From the NCBI GenBank assembly GCA_009602735.1, contig WELA01001245.1, positions 64,415 to 128,414 of the forward strand: a stretch of DNA of 64,000 nt. Direction: 5' to 3'. The notes under the pieces are model-generated. The model was given only the letters and a program-made list of their open reading frames with translations. It made no database searches and was not told the origin of the DNA. The DNA is from Mesotaenium endlicherianum (taxonomy: Eukaryota). Of the stretch, positions 1-11,028 are shown piece by piece (positions within the stretch are counted from its first letter, which is position 1; every line of letters starts with the position of its first letter). Position numbers and translations under genes: made by a program.

Positions 1-193
1 CCCCCCCCCCAACCCAATAAAACCCCCCGGCCCAAATGACAAATACCCCTGCACGATCAATGAATTGATCGATGGATTCAATAGACCAATCAAATCAACA
101 CCCAGGAGGCGCGCATGCCGGGGAGAGACAGGAGAGCAGCGGGGGCAGGGGGGGGCAGAGGGGGGGAGGGGGGCAGGGTGCTGCTCCTCCCAC

Positions 194-2161
194 CTTGGCG
201 ACGGCGGAGCTGAGGGCATGCGCGGCCAGCTTCATGCGCGACTCGCAGCACTGATCGTCGCGGCAGCCGGCCCACCACACCACGGGCAGCAGCGCCTCCA
301 GGTCGCGCTGATTGGGCTGCTTGCTCGTCAGCAGGCCCTCCATGCTGGCGCCGAAGCCCTCACCGGCGGTCCACATGGGCAGCAGGTCGCGGCACCGGGC
401 GAGGCCGCACGCGAGCGCCAGGTAGCGGTACGCGCCCGCGTGCGGGTACTCGGGCGGCGCGTACAGGGCCGTGCGACACCTGTACGCCAGCGCGTCCATC
501 GCCGACGCCACGCACGCCTCCAGCTCATGCCGCTCCAGGCACAGCATCAGCAGCGACACCGCGTGCTGGAGGCTGTCGCTGTCGTGAGGGGCCGTCGGGC
601 GGTACGTGTCCAGCAGGAAGGGCACCAGCGCCGCCCACACGACATAGCAGCCCCGGGCAGCCTTGCGGCCGGCGCGGGCGGGCGTGCCCATGGCGCCGGG
701 CGGCGGCAGGCCGGCAAGCAGCAGCGGGCCCAGGAGCTCGCACAGCGCGCCAGCTGTCAGCTCCACGTTGTCGCCCTCCAGGGGCGGCACCCGGCGCAAG
801 CGCTCCTGCGGGGCCAGCGCCGCCGACGCCTCGCGGCTGCTCAGCTGCACCAGCCGCTTCAGGCAGCCCAGCAGGTACTCCGCACTCTGGGCCGCGTTCA
901 CGCGCACCACGCCCCTGCGCTGCTGCTCCCGCTGCTGCTGGGGCGGGGGCAGCTGCTTGCCCCCCTCCTTCCCTCTCCCTCCTGGCGCCGCCATCCCAAA
1001 AGGCCGGGACTGCGTGCCACGTGACGCTCCCTGCTTTGAGCCTGGGCCCCCCTCTGCACCCGCAAGCCCCAGCCCCAGCCCCAGCCCCTGGCCCTGGCCC
1101 CGTGCCAGCGCGACCCTAACACCAGCGCCCCCGCCGCCCGCACTGCCGCCCTCACTGCGGTCCGCCCTGCCGCCCGCCCCGCCGCCGTCGAGGCCGAAGT
1201 CGAGCTCCAGCATGGGCGGCGGCTGCAGCGGCCAGAAGCCCTTCACGGGGAAGCGGAAGGGACGGCTGCCGAAGTTGAGCTCGCACCTCTCGCCATGCGA
1301 CAGCGACAGCGCGGGGTAGTAGCCCTGGCCGGCCTCCAGGCGCCTCACGCCGGCGAAGGCCACGCCCTGGGGGAGGCCGTTGCGGCAGAAGGAGATCTCC
1401 CCCGCGTCCAGGTCGATGCAGCAGCCAATGACGTCGCTGCGCACCCAGGGCTGCCCGTAGCTGTGGCAGGTGCCGTTCCACTTGCGCACGCGCTTGCCGT
1501 CGTAGGCGTACGAGTCGGGGGCGTCGCCGACGCCCTCCTCGTTGGTGAAGGGGCACGCCAGGCTGGCCCACCCGATCTGCTGGATGCCAGCTGTCGCCAG
1601 CGTGGCCTCGTACATCCACCGCCCGCCGCGCACGCACGCGTTGGCGCGCGCGCTGCTGAAGTTGCTCAGGCTCTCCAGTGACAGCCCCGCCGAGTCAAAC
1701 TTCACCTCCCCCGAGGCGTTGCTCTTCTGCATCCTCACAACTGCGGGCCCCGCCTTGCAGGCCGCCAGCACCTCCTCGGGGCACGTGGCGCCGCCCCCGG
1801 GCTCGCCCGTCCCAGCTGGCAGCGAGGCCAGCGTTGACCGCAGGTACCGGCTCACTGCCTGGAAGTCTATGCTGCCCTCCCCCCTCACAAACTGGGGAAC
1901 TCCCCCCGGGCCGAAGGGCTTGTTGCCCTTAGGGATGTCCAGGATGTAGTATAGGGTTCTCTCCAAGTCCGCCTCACTCTGCTTCTGCAGGTTTCCCTTT
2001 GAGAGCGAGCTACCCACAGAGCCCACGCAGAGAGGCTTGCCCGAGAGAGACTTGGGATCCTCCAGCAAGATCGCCAGACCCTTCTTGAACCCCTGAGCCC
2101 CGTGCAGCGACCCACAGCTGCCATCGGATTCCTCATCTGCCTCAGATTTCTCCGCTCCCAT
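194..2161 (-). CDS. RKP: E3 ubiquitin ligase RKP / RNF123 (KPC1) homolog, first coding exon with SPRY domain; gene continues past the window start
   Basis: ORF 95..2161. SPRY core reads SNFSSARANACVRGGRWMYEATLATAGIQQIGWA...GVGDAPDSYAYDGKRVRKWN...YYPALSLSHGERCELNFGSRPFRFP, and the N-terminus (GLAILLED...ERTLYYILDIP) is plant RKP-like. The exon ends at donor AAG|GTGGGA (193). The RING domain is not in this window. Confidence 0.92.
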
Positions 2162-5069
2162 CTCTGAGGGCGAACAGGCTGCAGCTTTCTTTGATTAATT
2201 ACGAAACAGATAATGCCCCGCGAAATAGCCCTAAAATCCTTATAGTGCGACTAGTCCATCACCCATTAGGCACACCCTGTCAGCGATCCCCCTCTCGTCG
2301 ATACAAGCAGCAGCCGTTTGATGCAATCTAATGGTGCCTAGAAATGAGAAGTATGTCATATAAGAGTACGGGTGTTGCTTGGCAGCTACAAGTTCACAAA
2401 GAGGAGTCTTTTGGAACACTGCTCTGCGCGTGTGAACAGGGTGGAGGGAACCCATGCACATGTATAGGAGCACCTTCGTCACGTGGAGTTCCTTCACATA
2501 AACCACAATCGATGAGCAATCATCTATGAAAACAAAGTACTAGTGAGTAATCCCTGCCTACTCCATGGTGAAGTCGCACAAATTAAACCCGAACCATAGC
2601 TTTTTGTGAATTATGTGGGCCGTAGAACAACCAACTGCAGGCTTAATCATGACGTCAAGAGTCGCTCACAAGCTTGCTCATTATATCCGCAGCTAGGTCT
2701 AAGATGCGCAAGTCGGAATCGGATCTCTGCTTATAGCACCAGGGATGCTCGTATGGATTCTGGCGAGTACATGCCAGTGCATGCCGGTACATGCAGAGTG
2801 CAGAGGTGGAATAGACTCGCGTGGGAGACGTCATTGGGATAGCATCAGCGTCCATCACTGACGTGAAGTCCTTCCAGTGCTTCCAGTCACTTCCTGGCTG
2901 CTTCCTGGTGCTTCCTGGCATTTTTTGGCACTTTCAAGTTCCAGGTCGCCTTGACTTCCCGTCACTGCCCATCACTTCCCGTCGTCTTTTCCGGCAATTA
3001 AAGTACGAATGATTAAAAAGGGCTGCACATTTTGCACTGAAAGTTTAAGCAACCGGTGCGAATGAATGTGAACCAAGTTCGTATAAGGAGTGATCATGAC
3101 TAGGAGTGATGACACGTCAGAACTGCCCGGCCCCCAGGCACCCGGACCTAACCAGACCTGCGCAGCCCAGACCAGCCCAGACCCATCCCATCCGAGCTGC
3201 GTGCCTCTTCATCGCCGCCATATTTCTCTTTTTCATATTCATCATCCAATTATTAATATTACAATAAGCAGAAATAGAAAGAGAGAAGAGAGAAATGTAG
3301 GATCTTTTATTTAGAATAGTGTCGCGACCACGTTCAGTTTGACGGCGCTGCATGCGTGACGCAGGTGGCGGCCGCCCAGGTACGGAAGGTCAACGTTGAC
3401 TCACCGACCGTTACTTGACCTATGTCGGTCAGCATCAGTCCAAGTCACAGGAAAGCGTGCCTGCAATTAGGTCAGAACTGACGTTCAAAGATGGGTGGGG
3501 TTTATAGCCAAGTCAGTCGAGAAGTTGACCATGCTAGGACCTACAAAAGTCCCATCCAGCAAGATGCCAAGTCAGGCCTTGCTGATTGGAACAGTTAACT
3601 TTGCCAATGGACCAGAGACGAGGCTGCCACGTCTTAAGCAGCCACCTCAAGGGACATAGGCTGGGAAGCCACATAGGCGTGCACGCTGACCGGAAGGCTG
3701 GTTAGCACGCACAACGGTCACAAGGTGTGCATGCATGCTTTGTGAAGACGAATGAGTTAAGTTCACGAGGGACAGCTGCAAGAGCTGCACGCATGATGAG
3801 CGCTGTGACTAAGCCCTGGAATTCCCAAGGGAAACTACATGCGTGGTGCTCGGGAAAGGCACGATCCTTGCACAATCTCACCTCATTCTTGCCTCGCACA
3901 TTTTGCCATAAAGCAGAAGGGAGCGCAAGAGCGAAAGGAGAAGAGAAGAAGGGCGCAAAGGAGAAGAAGTTCCCAAGGCCGCAGGAGAGCCAGGAAGCCA
4001 CGCTTCTGCCAACACTTAGGAGATTGTTTTTATAATGCATGCTCTCTACTTGCAATGAAGCTTGAGAACCGAGCGCTTCATTCTCGCAACAACCCCCCAC
4101 CAACCCTCTTGATGTTTACAATTGGGAAAAAGTCAGGGAGGGCACCCGACAGGCTGATATGTGCTTTTGGTGCTGCCTAAAATGAAAAAAAGGCTAACAA
4201 AGCCCTCATTCAAGGCGAGAGCTATGCGTCCATGGTGGCTTATGATAGATATTAGATATGACCTAAACGGAGCACATAAGTGTGCGACAAAAAGCTAACT
4301 GGTGACAGCATGGCGTTTGTTTGAAGCTGCAATGTAGGACCCAACTAAATAAATACGGGCAATTTTTCCCCTTGCATCAAAGTGATTTATACCATATATG
4401 TGTATGCCACAACATGCACAACAAACATCAAATTACACTGGAGCACCGTGCGGCCCTCTCGCCCTTACGCCGCTTTTACTAACACAGTCAAGAATTGTCA
4501 AGTTGTGTACCAAGTAAAAGGTCCCCGCTTGAGGTGTTCTTCTCCGCCCCTAAGGTTTCAGATGACATAGATATAAAACTTATGCCAAGCAGGCCATGTA
4601 CACTTTGTTCCAATGCAAGGTTAGGTCTACAACATACTACTTGAGTCTATATCGAGAAATGCAGCTTAACATCTGGTCTATCGCAGTCGTGTACCTACTA
4701 CCAAGCACCTAGAGCTGGCACTAGTCTGAGCTGCCAGCCAGCCTGCAAGCACCACCGAGTCGCAACAACGTGAGTACATGCGTACGTAGCCAGGCATAAA
4801 CTTGAGAACACACTCACACCCTGAAAGAGAGAGAGAGAGAGCAGATGACGGGGTAGCGTTCCCGCTTCCCGCTCCACCATTTCCCAAAAGATCATTGTGA
4901 GAGGTATTCAAATAAGATAGGGGAGAAGAAACTCATGAATCTGATGATGCAAGCTGAGGGAGGAAGGCTCACTGGGAGGGGGGGGAAGGACTGCAAGCGC
5001 ATGTGCTTGGTGCAGAGGAGCAAACCAGTGTCCCCACTCTGCAAGTGAGTACACAGCAGGCAGCAGCGG

Positions 5070-6134
5070 CTAAGCCGCCAGCTTTCCAAGCACAGTTCCC
5101 GCCATCACTATGGCCCCCAGCCACTGGTTGGATACAAATCTGCGCAAGCATAAAGACTCCCACGCACATACACACGCACACACGTGTAAGCAACAAGACA
5201 TACACATATAGACACACACACAAACACACACATGTGCAAGCGATGAGACACTTACACAAACACACACAAGCACACACACACACACACAGACACACAAACA
5301 TACGTGCACACACATACACAGACACATACATACACACGTACAAACAAGAGACACTCACATGCATGGAGACAGAGACCACGAGGAAGCAGGAACCAAGTGC
5401 AGCGGACACGCCTCTGTTGCTCCACCATAAATCATCAGACTTGGGGTTCACAGCTGATGAACACTATGCATTCGTAAAGCTCGCCTCCACGCCCAAATTC
5501 AGAGCATCAAATCAGGAAACGCTGCGCGCGTGTGTGCGTGTGTGTGTGTGCGCGCGCGCACGCGCACGCGTGCATGCTACACCGCGCACAAGCGTCTGCA
5601 AGCATTGCTAGCTGTGGCGCCAGACTCACTTGGCGTTGCAGTCGGACCGGCTGTCGAGGTCGACGGTCGAGATCTGCCACGCCAGGTGGCATCCGGCGGC
5701 CCCCAGCGCCGCGTAGTACGGCCATCCTGCAGACCCGCCACCTTGTTCCTTGCGTCAGCTTTGACCTCCCTCAGAGGACGACACCTAGAAAAGCTCCGTG
5801 CCACGTCAGCAAGTGCTGCCAGGGCGCTAACGGTCCCGCACTTCTGCCGTCAGCTTTCAACGTCCCTTGGAGAATAGCACCTGAAACAGTTAACACGGCT
5901 CGTGCCCTAAGCCACATGACCTAGACACCCAAGCTGTTGCCAGGGCGCACGCGCTCCTGCAATTCTCTGGTGGGCTTCGCCCCCTGCGCGGCCGCAACCT
6001 CCTCTCAGAAATCGATCTGCAGATGCTCCCTACCTGCCTACAAGATGGAGAAGGGACTCGTGCGCGATGCAACAGCACCCATTTTTCTCACAACGGCTTC
6101 AAAATTGCCGAGGGCTGCAGAAGGCATGCAAGAA

Positions 6135-6203
<69 letters not shown>

Positions 6204-9200
6204 ACACAACATGCGTACACCCTGATGCAACGCCTTCCCGCTCGCTGGCGGCCGCGCAAGCCTGTCTTGCCAGCAGGCGTCTAGTCTGACATGGCACGGC
6301 TGGAACAAGCCCACAGCGCTCACAGGTGGCGGTGACTCCTAGCAAACATTTCGCACGAGTGCGTGACAGCAGCGGAACACTCGCATGCCGCAAGCTCAAA
6401 CAAGCCCGAAGCGTTTCCAGGGGCAGGGACCTCCTCAAGAACACTTCCAACGGCAGTGTGGCGCACATGCATTGCCAAGCTCAAGGAGCCTCTGGCATCC
6501 CTAATCAGGAGCAACTACAGAGCACAAACCGCCCGGTGTGCAAGAATCAGATGCTGACAGTCCCCTCGAGCTCTCAGGAAGAGAAGCCGCAAAGAAGAAT
6601 AACACGTGGCTCCCACGGCAGCACTTGACATGGCACATGGGACACCTGGCACGAGTCGCTTGCCGCTCAGAAACCCCGTAGCAAAGTACCTGTCACAAAC
6701 TGTTCCGCATCTGTTCTTCACATGTGGCAAGAGGAGGGGGGGGGGGGGGGCACAGCNNNNNNNNNNNNNNNNNNNNNNNNNNNNNNNNNNNNNNNNNNNN
6801 NNNNNNNNNNNNNNNNNNGGGGGGGCACAGCTTCAACCAAGTAAGGGAGGTATACGCGTTCACACTGGGCCCATATATGAACCACCCAAGACCCTAATCC
6901 CGCAAAGAGGGTCCCTTGAGGTGTGCACCGGGGCCTGCAGTGAAGCCTGCTAGGGAGAGAAGAGCTGCGTGTTCACACTGGATACGTATATAAACCAGGG
7001 AAGGGGTTTCAAGGCGCGCACCGAGGCTTGCGGAGTAGCCTGCTAGCGCCAGGCCTGAGAGGGCAGATGCTCCGAACCCCGCCAGCCAATAGGGCGTGGC
7101 CTCGCCGAAGAGCAGAGCCGTCGACCTCACGCCCACTCTGGCGTCGTCCGCCTTGTCCTGCAAGCACGCAAGCGAGCGAACGAGCAAAGGGGAGCAAGAG
7201 GGGGAGCAAGCGAGGCAGCAAGTGAGCGAGCGGGCAAGTGAGGGAGCGAGCGGGCGAGCGAGGCACCAAGTGAGCGAGCGTGCAAGCGACACAGGGTGCA
7301 CTGCAAAATTAGGGATTAGCTTCGGGTAGGTTGGGCGCCAGGCGTCTCTTGGCTGTTGCCAGCACGCCTCCCTGCCACCTGGCAGTGTGCACTCACCACA
7401 CACGACCTCGAATTTCAGACGGCCCAAGTGCCGCAAGAGATGGCTTCAGACACATCCTTGGGCGAGCAAACGAGCAAGCAAGCAAGCTGCGAACCCGAAG
7501 CACAAATCCTAGAGTGTAGAGATGCATGCACCGTCTACTGAAGTGCATCACTGGAAGTCACAGGTGGGAGTTGCAGAAATGCGCCAAGTGGCAGGCATGA
7601 ACATGACCCCTCACGTCAGCAGTTGACATGTGTTGACGAGCAAACTGGCTTCATGCAGGATCGCGCTCACTTGGCACTTAACACAAGCAAGGGCACACCG
7701 TGGGCTCCAGCTACCAGTGCTGCACGGGGAATATTCCCAGCACTTTGAGGCAGGCCCATTTCAGAAATGAGGCCAAATTTTCTGCTGAGTCTGCGCCTAG
7801 GAGACCACCAAAAAACGAGAAAAAGTGCACGTACGGGCGCACGTGCACGAGCGAGCGCTTGCACGCAACATCCAGGCGAGTGAGCGACTGCGCGCTCGTG
7901 CACCTGCACAGGAGCGAGCATGCGCACGAGCAGTTTAGGACACAAGCGTGCGCGCGCCCATGCTTGCACCTGATGCGCGTAGATGGTGTCGTACACGAGG
8001 GTCCACGCAATGCAGGCCGCATAGAGCGGCGCCACCACCCCGGGCTCCAGGCTGCCCCGGACGGCGGCCCAACCCAGGAGCGCCCCCCAGTTGAACGTCA
8101 GGCCCAGAAACGCCTGGGGCTGCGCAGATCCCCCAAGCAAGCAAGCGAGCGAGCGAGCGAACGAGCGCCCCCATAACGCCGCGGTGATGAGTTAGGTTTT
8201 CCCGGTGAGGAGTTACGAACGCCTGGGGCTGCAAGAGAACCCCCGAAGAAGCAAGCGAGCGAGCGAGCGGGCAAGTGGGCGAGCTGTCGGGTGGGCGCTT
8301 TCGGAAGCGCCGCAACGGTGTTAACATATTTTCTGAATGGGGGCAGGGAACGCCCGCGGCTGCACACGTCCCGTGAAAACGGTGAGCAGGAGTTCCAACA
8401 AGCACTGCAGCAACGACTTGGGCGTTCCAAGTGAGGCTCATAGATGCCCCGGGCGTGCAGAGGTCCCGGCAAGCCCGGGGGCGGTTTCCCCTAAAAACAC
8501 CGCGGCAAGGGGGGGGCCGTTCTCTTAGAGTAATTGGGTTGGTGACCCCGCAATCTGTGCCTTCGGTTGGGAGCAGGAGCGTCGGTGGCTGCATTGGACA
8601 ACCTCACTCTGAGTAGGGCCTCCCAGTGCGCTGTGTCGCTCTATTGCGTCCGAACGGTTTTGCAGATGCATGTAACGTGGATGCCAAGCACATGCAAGCA
8701 GTCCTCCTCGCCAAGCTGGACCCGTAAGAAGTGAGAAACTGCTACTGTTTCAATGGCATCCGTTTTGCGTCTGACAAAACCCAAAAAATGGCTAAGTGCA
8801 GAGAGAGGCTTCACATGCATAACAATCCACGCTTGTTCGACTCACAACACGTGAGGAGAGAAATTCCCGTCACGAGTAAATGCCGCAGATTCAAGCAGCA
8901 GACCGCAACCCGCAGGGCCGACCATGCCGTTCCAACATCGCGTGGAGGAGCGTGCAGATCAAAGTCTCAGCCAGGCGTAGGCAGAGACGGGGCCAGAGTG
9001 AGCCTGGGGGGGGGCCGACGCGGAGCGGCTCCTGGGAGCCCTCTGAGAAGCGAGCGGGCGAGCTCACCCAGTGCGTGAAGCGCTTCATGAGAGGGTACGT
9101 GAAGACGAGCGCCAGCGACGACGCTCCCAGGGCCTGGCTGTGGAGGCGCAACGCCGCCCGCCCGTGGAGAGGGAAGAGAAGGAAATAAGAAGGAAAGAGA

Positions 9201-10996
9201 AGAGAAGAAGGAAGAAATAAGGAAAAGGTCAGTGCGTTCCAGCTGGCGCGCACGTGCGCACGCTGTGCGGACGCGCACTCGTGCGGGCACGTGCGCGCGC
9301 GCAGATGCGCACGCGCGCACGCGCTTCCTTGCCGCCGTGACAAGCGGCTGGCAAGGGGTGCCAACCACTTGTCAGTCACAAGGATCACGGGATGACAGCA
9401 GGTGCGGGAATGCCAAGGGCGGCACAGTGTTCCCCGGAAGGGCAGGCTGGCAGCAGCGTCCAGAGCTTCCAAAACCTTCTGGTACGCGTCCACACGGGGG
9501 GAAGACAGCAGCAGCGCATCGCAGCTGAGCACTATCTCTCCCTCCCTCCCTCCCTTTCTCTCCCCTCCCCCCNCTCCCTTTCTCTCACTTTACCGTACGG
9601 TTTACTAGGAGGCAGGCAGCACTTGTGGGCGGGCACACGCGAGATAGCCAAAGATTGCAGCGCCAGACAAACATGGGCGCACTCATACGTAGAGAGCAAC
9701 AAGGTGGGGCGATGGCAGGGGCGGGGGAGGAAGAAGAGCCTCATCATCCAAAAAAAGGCACACGCGAACACGCGCGCGTGGATGCGTATGCACGGGGGGG
9801 GTGCTTGCCCCTCCAGCAGCGCCAGGGACAAAATCAAAGGAGGGCCTCAGACGAAACAAACTTCAAGCAGACAGGGAGAAACATGAGGGCGGCCCCGCAG
9901 GCGGGGGAGGGGAGGAAAGCACCTGAAGGTGTTAAGCTGCAGGAGGATGCCAAGGCCGAGCGTGAGCTGCGCCCCCAAGAAGGCCACGCCCTGCAGCGGG
10001 GATAGTGCGCCAGCTGCCAGGGGCCGGGTCCTCGTCCTCGCCACCTGTCCACGCCGCGGCGGGGCAGGAAGGCGAGGCAGAAGCACGCGGACAGGGTGCT
10101 TCTCAGAAGTTGCCATCAAAGCATTCCAACGCATCGCTCCATCGCGATGACCATATATGGGCCAAATAATCACGCAGATCCGAAGGCCTAAAACCAAACC
10201 CGGAACCCCTAGACTCTAGAAATTGCCGTGCACGGCATTGTGGACTTGTGGACGGATATGATGAAAGATTGCAGGGTCTGGGGAGGAGGAGGAGGACCTA
10301 ACCCGTGCAGGTCAAAACCCACAGAAGCATCTGCTTAGATTTATCATCTCCTAAGGTGCCCAAGGGGGTTCCAAACCCTCCCGCCCCCCTCCCGCTCCCC
10401 CTCCTTCTTTCTCCTGCTGCTCCGGCTCCTGCCCCTGCCTCTGTCCGTGCCCCTGCCCCAGCCAAGTATCACCGACCCAACTCTGTCTCTGACGCCAGAT
10501 GACAACGTGCCTGCTCCCCTCTTTGCTTCCTCCCGCTTGTGCAGTCAGTGCTCTGCAGCAACTTCCAATACTCCCAGTCCACACATACCAAGCGTGTGGG
10601 AGACGATTCTGTCTGCGTTATGCAGGAGCTGGCTTGGCTGGATTGCATATGATCTGAAGGCCCCCTGAGGGAAAAAGGAAAGGGAGGGGAGGGGGGGGGG
10701 GAGGGAGAGATGCGCGTGTATGAAATAGGTGGAGCAGATGCAGAACGCACGTGGCCTGAAAATCACTCATGAGTTGTTTCTGGGGGGGAAGGGGTGTGGA
10801 GAGCAAGTGAGAGAGTGAATGTTGGGAGCGAGCGCGTGCCTTGACATCGATGTCGCGATCCCACAGGTCGTTGATGGTGCAGCCCGCGCCTCTCAGGAGC
10901 ACGGCGCCCACTCCGAACAGCGACAGCATCCTGAGGTCCGGCAGAGCGCCAGCTGGCGCCGCCATGGCTATGGACCTGCAAAGCAAGCCCCCAGAA

Positions 10997-11028
<32 letters not shown>

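Noticed and set aside
65..1949. Several long plus-strand ORFs overlapping RKP
   Set aside because: Antisense shadows of a GC-rich coding exon; no recognisable motifs.
3727..4035. Lys/Glu-rich 102-aa ORF
   Set aside because: Non-ATG start, purine-rich low complexity, and no supporting exon chain.
5003..6468. His/Thr-rich and Cys/Val-rich ORFs
   Set aside because: Translations of (CA)n/(TG)n microsatellites inside COQ2 introns.
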